Origin: Candidatus Nanopusillus sp.
Lineage (GTDB): Archaea; Nanobdellota; Nanobdellia; Nanobdellales; Nanobdellaceae
NCBI GenBank assembly: GCA_028275775.1
Contig: JAPWTZ010000004.1
Span: 1,940-33,939, forward strand
Reading direction: 5' to 3'
Length of the DNA: 32,000 bases
The notes under the pieces are model-generated. The model ran no database searches. It was not told the DNA's origin and saw only the letters and a program-made list of their open reading frames with translations. Numbering within the stretch: the stretch's first letter is position 1; each line of letters begins with the position of its first letter. A program made the position numbers and the translations under genes. This document shows, one piece after another, positions 25,523-32,000 of the stretch.

Positions 25523-26350
25523 TTATTCGAATATTTTTTGATATATTTCTTTTAATTGACTTGGAACAACGTGAGTATATATTTGTGTAATATTTAATGA
25601 ACTATGACCAAGTATTTCTTGTATATATCTTATATCAACACCTTTTGATAATAATGTTGTCGCAAGAGAGTGTCTTAATACATGTGGAGTTACTTTTTTG
25701 TTTATTCCAGCTTTTTTTGCAATATTTTTTATAATTCTTTCTACTTGTCTTGATGATAATGGAAATATATTTTCAGTATTTATTTTATTTATATAATCCT
25801 TTAATTCATTTAATAATTCTTTTGGTATTGGTACTATTCTTTCTTTTCCCCCTTTTCCATATACTTTTACAAAACCCTCTTCAAAAATTATATCATTCTT
25901 TTTTATTTTTACTAATTCTGAAACTCTTACTCCTGTATAAAATAGGAATTTAATAATTAGTTTATCTCTATAATTTTCAGCATTTTCTATTAATTTATTT
26001 AATTCATCATATGTAATAAATTTTGGCAATCTTTTATCTACCTTTGGAGCTTTTATTTGTTTTGCCAAACTTTCATTATCTAAAAATTTTAAAAATGATG
26101 ATAGAGCTCTAACATATAATCTTAATGAATTTGAATCCAATTTTTTCTTAACCTTTATTTCAGCTAAAAATTTTAGGATTAAATTTTTATCTAAAGAATT
26201 ATTAATAGATTTTGTATCTGTAATAATTATTCCATTATTTATTAGGAATTCTAAAAACCTCTTTATTATACCTGAATATGTTTTTATTGTATTTTTAGAT
26301 TTTCCCTGTATTTCTAACCATACTTTATATTCTTCAATAATTTCATTCAT
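25523..26350 (-). CDS. xerA: Tyrosine recombinase, XerA/XerC/D-like
   Basis: It has an N-terminal SAM-like core-binding domain. The catalytic residues are present in YTGVRVSEL (Arg), HVLRHSLAT (HxxR) and LGHSSLNITQIYTHV (His and Tyr). Confidence 0.8.
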   Translation of the reverse strand: MNEIIEEYKVWLEIQGKSKNTIKTYSGIIKRFLEFLINNGIIITDTKSINNSLDKNLILKFLAEIKVKKKLDSNSLRLYVRALSSFLKFLDNESLAKQIKAPKVDKRLPKFITYDELNKLIENAENYRDKLIIKFLFYTGVRVSELVKIKKNDIIFEEGFVKVYGKGGKERIVPIPKELLNELKDYINKINTENIFPLSSRQVERIIKNIAKKAGINKKVTPHVLRHSLATTLLSKGVDIRYIQEILGHSSLNITQIYTHVVPSQLKEIYQKIFE

Positions 26351-26410
26351 TTATATTTCAGGAATTTTGTGATATAAAAATTTTAAATTATAAAAATATT
26401 ATAATTTTAT

Positions 26411-26460
26411 CCCTACCTGCCATGCACTGGGGATATATGAACCAGTTCCTCCAGGTAGGG
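26411..26460 (+). ncRNA. GC-rich two-stem hairpin, candidate H/ACA-like or other structured sRNA
   Basis: CCCTACCTG (26411-19) pairs perfectly with CAGGTAGGG (26452-60), and ACTGG (26426-30) pairs with CCAGT (26442-46). The internal loops are 6 nt and 5 nt. The 11 nt apical loop GGAUAUAUGAA has GA dinucleotides at both ends. A/T-rich TATA-like sequence lies 15-30 nt upstream. Strand and function are not proven. Confidence 0.4.
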
Positions 26461-26529
26461 GAGAATAATGATGTGGTTGGCTTGAAACTGAAAAATGATG
26501 AATACGGCTACGCTGATAATTGTTTCTCC
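26460..26529 (+). ncRNA. Box C/D sRNA (2'-O-methylation guide)
   Basis: A-UGAUGU (C box, 26468-74) is followed by a 13 nt guide and CUGA (D', 26488-91). After a 3 nt spacer come A-UGAUGA (C', 26495-501), the 11 nt guide AUACGGCUACG and CUGA (D, 26513-16). A 6 bp terminal stem pairs GGAGAA (26460-65) with TTCTCC (26524-29). Confidence 0.65.
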
Positions 26530-26538
26530 AAAATATCT

Positions 26539-26817
26539 TTAGCTTCCAAAGAATATTTTTCTATGTTTTTCGGAATATTCATCAAATATTTTGTAAAGTA
26601 AATCTTTATCATAACCATATTTTTTCATTAAATAAGATATTATTTCTATATCTTTAAGGTCTTTTTCTTCATATCTTTTTAAATAAGTAAATATTTTATC
26701 TACTAACAAATATTCCATCTTAGCAATATATAATTTTATTTTCTCTTTTCTTATTTTTAGTTCTATTTCATTATTTATATTCTTCTCTTTGGCAATTTCT
26801 TTAATAAATCTATGCAA
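26539..26817 (-). CDS. Hypothetical small protein in the position normally held by stalk protein P1 (L12e), possibly a miniaturised P1
   Basis: The ORF needs a TTG start. An internal ATG at 26718 gives a 59 aa product starting MEYLL... and ending ...KIFFGS. Archaeal P1 starts MEY(I/V)YAALLL and ends ...LFG. It is the gene immediately 3' of P0. The assignment is speculative. Confidence 0.3.
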   Translation of the reverse strand: MHRFIKEIAKEKNINNEIELKIRKEKIKLYIAKMEYLLVDKIFTYLKRYEEKDLKDIEIISYLMKKYGYDKDLLYKIFDEYSEKHRKIFFGS

Positions 26818-26854
26818 AAACTATAGAATATTAAAAATAATTTTAAAATTTGCC

Positions 26855-27718
26855 TTAATCTTTAATATTTAGCTTTTCTTTCAATATTATAGATCTTCTG
26901 TTTGTAATTCTTAATAGATCTTTTATTGTATCTTTTGTTGGTATTCCTGTATTTAATGATAATTTTACTAGGTTTTGATATGCTTTAGTTAATAATAATT
27001 TTATATTTTCTTTTGTTGGGAATGAAATCTCTATTGTTAATGATATTGCTTTTCTAAATCCAGATCTTAATTGATTTATATATTCTTCTAAAGGTGTTGA
27101 TAATATATCATATGTATATAATGTTTTTCCATCATATACTAATAATAATTTTATTTTTACAGGTATTGGAGTTATATTAAATTTCTGTAATAATGATACC
27201 AACCCGCTATCAACTTTTTGACCCTTTTTTGCTACTAATGTATCTTCGGTTATAACAATTTTTCCATTTTCAACCTTTGTTTTTATATTGTATTTCTTTA
27301 ATTCAGTTAGTACAGGACCAGGTGTTAAATTGGTGGGTCCAGCTCTTATTATTACATCCTCTTCTAATATATCCCCTTCTTTGGCAGCTCTATAGCTTTT
27401 ATTTTCTTCCAATATTTTGTTTAATAAGAAAGGATTTATTTCTTCTTTTGGTAATAGTAATAAAACTGTAATTCTTTTATTTTCTTCAATTATATCTATC
27501 ATCTTTTTAATATTTTGATCATTAATTCTTTCTAAAGCTTTAATAAAAAGATTCTTTTTAACAACTTTTACATCAATATTCATCTCCTTTAATTTTTTTC
27601 TAATTATTTGTAGAGAATCTGTAGGGATATCCATTATATTTGCTACTCCAATTATTTTAGAATTCGATAATTTAGAATATAAGTCATTTACATATAATAT
27701 TTTTTGTTGGGATACCAT
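26855..27718 (-). CDS. rpl10: Ribosomal stalk protein uL10 (P0)
   Basis: The N-terminal region reads like the archaeal P0 N-domain (LYSKLSNSKIIGVANIMDIPTDSLQIIRKKLK...VKVVKKNLFIKALE). It lies 1 nt downstream of the L1 gene. At 287 aa it has no Ala/Glu-rich acidic tail. Confidence 0.75.
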   Translation of the reverse strand: MVSQQKILYVNDLYSKLSNSKIIGVANIMDIPTDSLQIIRKKLKEMNIDVKVVKKNLFIKALERINDQNIKKMIDIIEENKRITVLLLLPKEEINPFLLNKILEENKSYRAAKEGDILEEDVIIRAGPTNLTPGPVLTELKKYNIKTKVENGKIVITEDTLVAKKGQKVDSGLVSLLQKFNITPIPVKIKLLLVYDGKTLYTYDILSTPLEEYINQLRSGFRKAISLTIEISFPTKENIKLLLTKAYQNLVKLSLNTGIPTKDTIKDLLRITNRRSIILKEKLNIKD

Positions 27719-27719
27719 T

Positions 27720-28373
27720 TTACATTATTCTTATAGAATCACTCATTGTTAGCTTTATATAAACACTCTTTATGCTATTCTTATTTCCAGGGATTCTGTT
27801 AATAAAATATTCTAATACATGATTTGCATTTTCTAATATATCTTCATATTTCATATCTTCAGTTCCAATTGGGATACCAATGGTTTTATGATTTTTTACA
27901 ACAACTCTAACCATATTTTGTAATCTATTATAAATTGATCTTAAGAAATCCTGATTTGCATTATCTGGAATTATCATTCCATATTTTGGATTTGGCATTT
28001 TATTTTTTGTAGATAAATATTTACCCAAATATCTTCCTACATCCATCATAGTTGATGCTTGTGCTACAAAGATATAATATCTTCTAACCAATTTTTTTGC
28101 TTCTCTTTTATTTTCAGCTATTTCCTTTATTTTATCTTTAACTAATACAAAATCAAATACTTCTTTTGCTGGTTTTTCTAATTCAGGTCCAACAATTGCA
28201 GCAATTTTTATTTTCTTTCCTCTACCTTTAGGTAATTCAATATATTCTGTAAATCTATTTTCACTTTTATTTAAATCATATTCTTTCTTTAAATTAATTA
28301 TTAATTCTACTGTTTGTTTAAATCTTCTCTTTTTTGATTTTTCTATTAGTGATTGTATAGTTTTAACATCCAT
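27720..28373 (-). CDS. rpl1: Ribosomal protein uL1
   Basis: RFKQTVELIINLK, FVAQASTMMDVGRYLGKYLSTKNKMP and the following blocks match the uL1 signature. It holds the canonical position between L11 and P0. Confidence 0.85.
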   Translation of the reverse strand: MDVKTIQSLIEKSKKRRFKQTVELIINLKKEYDLNKSENRFTEYIELPKGRGKKIKIAAIVGPELEKPAKEVFDFVLVKDKIKEIAENKREAKKLVRRYYIFVAQASTMMDVGRYLGKYLSTKNKMPNPKYGMIIPDNANQDFLRSIYNRLQNMVRVVVKNHKTIGIPIGTEDMKYEDILENANHVLEYFINRIPGNKNSIKSVYIKLTMSDSIRIM

Positions 28374-28404
28374 AGAAAAATGAAATATGGAATATATTTA
28401 AAAA

Positions 28405-28557
28405 TTATTTTTTAGCAAATAGCTCTATTATTTCTCTTATTGATTTTTTAGATGAGAAATATTTCCTTATATAATATCTTATAATTAGAAAAATTATAAC
28501 AATTGATATAATTATCCCAGATATTAAACCAATAAAAAAACTTAAAATATCAAACAT
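28405..28557 (-). CDS. Unlisted small ORF: 50 aa single-pass membrane micro-protein
   Basis: I translated this by hand as MFDILSFFIGLISGIIISIVIIFLIIRYYIRKYFSSKKSIREIIELFAKK*. Its ATG lies 1 nt after the L11 stop. It fills the otherwise unexplained 185 nt gap between L11 and L1. The composition is a TM helix followed by a basic tail. Confidence 0.4.
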   Translation of the reverse strand: MFDILSFFIGLISGIIISIVIIFLIIRYYIRKYFSSKKSIREIIELFAKK

Positions 28558-28558
28558 A

Positions 28559-29038
28559 TCATTTTAATAGATTATCATACAAACCCTGATCTACTTCTTT
28601 TATTAATTCTTTTGGATTTCTATTATTTACTGTTAATCCTAAAGATAATGCTGTCCCTAGAACCATTTTTACTGCAGATTTTAAATTATTAGTATTTAAA
28701 TCTTTCATTTTCATTTTTGCAACCTTTATTATTTGTTCCATTGTAACATTTCCAACAATTTCACCAGGTTTTGTTCTTTTTGCAATTTCTATATTTGCTT
28801 CTTTTTTTAATAATGATGATGTTGGTGGTAATCCTACTTCTATTTCATATTTTCTTGTTTCTGTATCTACAATTATTTTTACAGGTACCTGTAAACCTTT
28901 GAACTCTTTTGTAACTTCATTTATTTTACTTATTACTTCTCCAATGTTTAATTTTAGTTGACTCAATTTTGGTCCTATATTTGGTCCTGGTTTAGCATTT
29001 CCACCTTCTACTAATAATTCTATAACTTCCTTGCCCAT
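28559..29038 (-). CDS. rpl11: Ribosomal protein uL11
   Basis: VEGGNAKPGPNIGPKLSQLKLNIGEV...VPVKIIVDTETRKYEIEVGLPPTSSLLKKEA is the uL11 signature. Confidence 0.9.
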   Translation of the reverse strand: MGKEVIELLVEGGNAKPGPNIGPKLSQLKLNIGEVISKINEVTKEFKGLQVPVKIIVDTETRKYEIEVGLPPTSSLLKKEANIEIAKRTKPGEIVGNVTMEQIIKVAKMKMKDLNTNNLKSAVKMVLGTALSLGLTVNNRNPKELIKEVDQGLYDNLLK

Positions 29039-29079
29039 ATAGATTTGTTTTTTAAAATATAATTTTAAAGATTATATAG
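29039..29079. promoter_or_regulatory. 41 bp divergent intergenic region, presumed bidirectional promoter (rpl11 one way, secE the other)
   Basis: Only 41 nt separate the two start codons. The tract ATAGATTTGTTTTTTAAAATATAATTTTAAAGATTATATAG holds several TATA-like elements on both strands. This implies leaderless or very short-leader mRNAs. Confidence 0.35.
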
Positions 29080-29265
29080 ATGGGTATTATTGATAGTATA
29101 AAAGAAATGAAGGAGATATATGAAACAGCTAATAAACCTAGTTGGGATGAAGTAAAGAAATTGGTTTATGTTACATTATTATTCTTTGCATTAGTTGCAG
29201 CTATTGTATTGCCTATATTTATAAGTTTACAGTATAGTATAATGATATGCCAATATATGCCATAG
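29080..29265 (+). CDS. secE: Preprotein translocase subunit SecE (Sec61 gamma)
   Basis: The 61 aa have a KPSWDEVKKLVYVTLLFFALVAAIVLPIF tail-anchor pattern typical of archaeal SecE. It lies immediately upstream of nusG/spt5. Confidence 0.7.
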   Translation: MGIIDSIKEMKEIYETANKPSWDEVKKLVYVTLLFFALVAAIVLPIFISLQYSIMICQYMP

Positions 29266-29684
29266 TTGTAACAGCTGGAAGAGAAGAACTTGTAGCGGAT
29301 ATTTTGGCAAATGAAGGAAAAAATGGAAAGTATGCTATATATTCTATAATGCAAATACCTGGTGTAAAAGGATATTTATTTGTTGAAACAACTAATTCTT
29401 TAGAATTACAGAGAGCTGTTTTAGGAATAAGACATGTTAGAAGAGTATTACCTCAGGAAATTCCAATAGAAGATTTATTAAAATACTTTGAAGAAGAAAA
29501 AGTTAAATATGATATAAATGATATAGTGGAAGTATTATCTGGAGCATTTAAGGGAACTAGAGGAAAAATAATAAATATAGATGAAAAGAAAAAGGAAGTA
29601 ACAATAGAATTAATTGATGTTCCAGTTCCTTTACAATTAAATGTACCTATAAATAGCTTAAAATTAATAGAAAAATCTAAATAA
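29247..29684 (+). CDS. nusG: Transcription elongation factor Spt5 (NusG)
   Basis: The NGN domain reads IYAIVVTAGREELVADIL...GYLFVETTN. The KOW motif reads DIVEVLSGAFKGTRGKIINIDEKKKEVTIEL. Confidence 0.85.
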   Translation: MPIYAIVVTAGREELVADILANEGKNGKYAIYSIMQIPGVKGYLFVETTNSLELQRAVLGIRHVRRVLPQEIPIEDLLKYFEEEKVKYDINDIVEVLSGAFKGTRGKIINIDEKKKEVTIELIDVPVPLQLNVPINSLKLIEKSK

Positions 29685-30750
29685 CTTCAATTCCAAGATC
29701 ACTTTCTAGCTTTTTCTGTTCCTCAGGTTTTAATTCTTTCTCTCCTGATTTTATTCCTAATATAAATGATGGAGGAGCTTTTAATTTTGTAATTGTTAAT
29801 GATACTCTTACATAATTCTTTTTATCTTCTTCAAATGTAATACCTTGTATTATTTTTGCTTTTGGATCTAATACAGATTTTACTGTATCTAATATTTTAT
29901 TTATATCAGTAGGTGTTACATCTGGTGATGCAACAATTCTTACCAGTGCTGCTTTTGCTCCTGTAGCATCCACATCAACTAATGGATTATTTAATGCTCT
30001 TTGAACAGCTTCTGCAGCCTTATTTTCTGAATTTGATTCTCCAACTCCAAATACACCATATCCAGAACCAGCTACAATTGATCTAAAGTCTGCGAAATCT
30101 ACATTTATATATCCTGGTTTTGTTAATAATTCTGTTAGATCTTTTAATGCATTTGCTAATAATGAATCTGCAACTTTAAATGCTTGCATTAATGGGATGT
30201 TTGGATATAAAGCTTGTAATTTATCATTTGGAATAATTACTAATAAATCAACATTGTTTTCTAATTTTTCTAAAGAATATAAAGCATTATCCCATATATT
30301 TGCACCTTCTACAGAGAATGGCCATGTGCATATAGCAATTACTAATATTCCCATCTTTTTTGCAATTTCAGCAACAATTGGAGCTACACCGCCACCAGTT
30401 CCTCCACCAAGACCACAAGTTACAAATACAACATCAGCACCTTCTATTGCTTTTTTCAATTCTTGTTCAGATTCTTTTGCAGCTTCTTCTCCAACTTTAG
30501 GATCTTTTCCTGCACCTAAACCTTTTGTTAATTGTTTTCCTACCAATATTTTTTTATGTGCTTTTGTTATTAACAAATGTCTAACATCAGTATTTACTGC
30601 TATTAATTCTGGACCTTCGATTCCCATTCCATATAATGTAGAAATTGTATTACTTCCACCACCACCACATCCAATAACTTTTATCCTTTTTGTTGCTTGT
30701 GCTAGATATTCTTCTAATTCTTTATCAAAAATCTCCGCATCATTAACCAT
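29677..30750 (-). CDS. ftsZ: Cell division GTPase FtsZ
   Basis: It has IKVIGCGGGGSNTI, AVNTD and the tubulin signature GLGGGTGGGVAPIVAEIAK. A C-terminal linker and short tail follow. Confidence 0.92.
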   Translation of the reverse strand: MVNDAEIFDKELEEYLAQATKRIKVIGCGGGGSNTISTLYGMGIEGPELIAVNTDVRHLLITKAHKKILVGKQLTKGLGAGKDPKVGEEAAKESEQELKKAIEGADVVFVTCGLGGGTGGGVAPIVAEIAKKMGILVIAICTWPFSVEGANIWDNALYSLEKLENNVDLLVIIPNDKLQALYPNIPLMQAFKVADSLLANALKDLTELLTKPGYINVDFADFRSIVAGSGYGVFGVGESNSENKAAEAVQRALNNPLVDVDATGAKAALVRIVASPDVTPTDINKILDTVKSVLDPKAKIIQGITFEEDKKNYVRVSLTITKLKAPPSFILGIKSGEKELKPEEQKKLESDLGIEVI

Positions 30751-30845
30751 TAAATTTTTTTGAAAATAAAATTAATAAAACTATCTTTTTTAGATAATCA
30801 AAAACTTTAAATAATTTATATAAACTTTATTTAGATTTTTCATCA

Positions 30846-31424
30846 ATGGTAAAGTGGGTTGAGATTGAATATTTAATATATGATCAAGATAATAGATTAC
30901 TAGAAAGAACAAATGAGCCAGTAATAATACCTTTAGGATATAATATATTGAATAAAGAAATTGAGGAAAAGTTGGTTAATGCAGAATATGGAAAAGAATA
31001 TAATTTTTTATTAAAAAGACCTTTTGGAGAAAGAGATCCAAGTTTAATTAAAATAATACCTGTTAGTGAATTTTATAAAAGAAATATAAATCCAATACCA
31101 AACCTGGTTGTAAATGTAGATAATATGGTTGGTATTATAAGATCTGTAAATAGTGGAAGAGTTGTTATAGATTTTAATCATCCATATGCTGGTAAAGATT
31201 TATTATATGTAATAAAATTGAATAGAGAAGTTACAGATTTAAAAGAAAAAATTTTAGGAATATTAAGTATAACATATAATATTTCTAAAAAGAGTATTGA
31301 TGTAAATATTGATGAAAATAATAAGAAAATATCAATAAATGTTAAAGATTTAAATTTAAGTAAAGAACAGAAAGAAATAATAAAAAATTTCATACCAGAA
31401 GTAAAAGATTATAATATAGAATAA
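30846..31424 (+). CDS. FKBP-type peptidyl-prolyl cis-trans isomerase (SlyD-like, with inserted flap)
   Basis: It has VEIEYLIYDQDNRLLERTNEPVIIPLG....IEEKL, FGERDPSLI and GRVVIDFNHPYAGKDLLYVIKL. The last is the DFNHPLAGK hallmark. Confidence 0.75.
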   Translation: MVKWVEIEYLIYDQDNRLLERTNEPVIIPLGYNILNKEIEEKLVNAEYGKEYNFLLKRPFGERDPSLIKIIPVSEFYKRNINPIPNLVVNVDNMVGIIRSVNSGRVVIDFNHPYAGKDLLYVIKLNREVTDLKEKILGILSITYNISKKSIDVNIDENNKKISINVKDLNLSKEQKEIIKNFIPEVKDYNIE

Positions 31425-31457
31425 TTTATAATTTCTTTTTATCATAAAATTTATATT

Positions 31458-31530
31458 GGGCCCGTAGCTTAGTTGGTAAAGCGTCGGGCTCTTAACCCGA
31501 AGATCGGGGGTTCGAATCCCCCCGGGCCCG
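31458..31530 (+). tRNA. tRNA-Lys (anticodon CUU)
   Basis: A hand-folded 73 nt cloverleaf. The acceptor is GGGCCCG/CGGGCCC, the D stem GCTT/AAGC and the anticodon stem TCGGG/CCCGA. The anticodon loop is C-U-CUU-A-A, the variable loop is 5 nt, and the T arm is GGGGG-TTCGAAT-CCCCC. The discriminator is G and no CCA is encoded. TTTATAAT lies about 25 nt upstream and a T-run at 31533-31539 lies downstream. Confidence 0.92.
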
Positions 31531-31564
31531 GGTTCTTTTATATATAATTATTAAATAATATTTT

Positions 31565-32000
31565 ATGATAAAAGTAGGAACCTGTGGATTTCCTATATCA
31601 AGGAAAAAATATTATAAAGAATTTAATGTAATAGAAATAAATAGTACATTTTATTCAATACCAGATATTGAATGGGTTAAAAAAATAAGAAATGAAGCAC
31701 CTGAAAATTTTGAATTTACATTTAAGGCATTTCAAGGTATTACTCATGATGTAAATTCTTTTACATGGAGAAGATCAAAAATAAAAAATTATAAAGAATT
31801 AAAGGGAAAAGTTGGATATTTAAGAAATACAAAAGAAGTATTTGGATTTTGGGAAAAACAAGAAGAGATTGCAAATATATTAAGAGCAAATATAATTGTT
31901 ATTCAATTACCAAATTCATTTAAAGATACAAAAGAAAATATTGAAAATGCATATAATTTCTTTAATTCAATTGGTAAAAAATATAAAATAGCAATAGAAT
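31565..32000 (+). CDS. DUF72 (UPF0759) family protein, 3' end beyond the window
   Basis: I translated this by hand as MIKVGTCGFPISRKKYYKEFNVIEINSTFYSIPDIEWVKKIRNEAPENFEFTFKAFQGITHD.... This matches the DUF72 signature (GtsGW...Y...f..vEiNstFY..p....W....P..F.F.vK....iTH). The frame is open to the window end. Confidence 0.7.
   Translation, partial: MIKVGTCGFPISRKKYYKEFNVIEINSTFYSIPDIEWVKKIRNEAPENFEFTFKAFQGITHDVNSFTWRRSKIKNYKELKGKVGYLRNTKEVFGFWEKQEEIANILRANIIVIQLPNSFKDTKENIENAYNFFNSIGKKYKIAIE

Noticed and set aside
25523-26350. A tyrosine recombinase, considered as a marker of an integrated mobile element or provirus
   Set aside because: I could see no flanking direct repeats, att-like duplication of the tRNA 3' end, or phage or plasmid genes. 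The neighbours are housekeeping genes. The size and motifs fit the chromosomal dimer-resolution XerA. The only tRNA is 5 kb away and intact.
30197-30763. A 188 aa plus-strand ORF, long for this window
   Set aside because: It lies entirely antisense to ftsZ, whose product has unmistakable tubulin/FtsZ motifs. Its own translation is low-complexity (PPPVPPPRP is the reverse of the GGGTGGG codons). It is a classic shadow ORF.
1-32000. CRISPR arrays, IS elements with terminal inverted repeats, rRNA genes
   Set aside because: I saw no regularly spaced direct repeats, no transposase-like ORF and no rRNA-like GC-rich block. The only GC islands are the tRNA, the two C/D sRNA loci with the adjacent hairpin, and the Gly/Pro/Cys-coding tract.

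Overview
This is a very AT-rich window (about 25% G+C by eye), tightly packed and clearly archaeal. All family calls come from motifs I recognise by eye; I ran no searches.

Evidence for an archaeal origin:
- The RNA polymerase cluster is rpoH, split rpoB''/rpoB' and split rpoA'/rpoA''.
- Ribosomal proteins eS24, eS31, eL30, uS12, uS7, uL11, uL1 and P0 are present, along with SecE, Spt5/NusG, FtsZ, XerA, PdaD and agmatinase.
- There are box C/D sRNAs.
- Small, divergent proteins, broken universal operons and GC-rich RNA genes (a 64% G+C tRNA-Lys) in an AT-rich background suggest a genome-reduced, probably thermophilic, DPANN/Nanoarchaeota-like organism. This is inference.

Layout:
- 1-2.5 kb: housekeeping genes and one C/D sRNA.
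- 2.5-14.05 kb: one 12-gene minus-strand operon.
- 14.1-15.3 kb: a DUF371 and ATP-grasp gene pair.
- 15.4-25 kb: the RNAP/L30e/S12/S7 cluster. It has no nusA, and a foreign membrane gene sits between S12 and S7.
- 25-26.5 kb: pdaD, xerA and a GC-rich island holding a hairpin plus a second C/D sRNA.
- 26.5-29.7 kb: a rearranged L11-L1-P0 / secE-nusG region.
- 29.7-32 kb: ftsZ, an FKBP gene, tRNA-Lys(CUU) and a partial DUF72 gene.

The main candidate for a new system is the 11.6 kb operon at 2485-14051:
- It encodes a FlaJ/TadC/PilC-like (T2SSF-type) platform protein, a pilin-like protein and four small paralogous membrane-anchored proteins.
- It also encodes a membrane-anchored papain-family (C1) cysteine protease, a protein of about 12 TM helices, and several large surface proteins. 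These are rich in Cys, Asn and Tyr, full of N-glycosylation sequons and poor in Lys and Glu.
- No assembly ATPase or prepilin peptidase is encoded in the operon.
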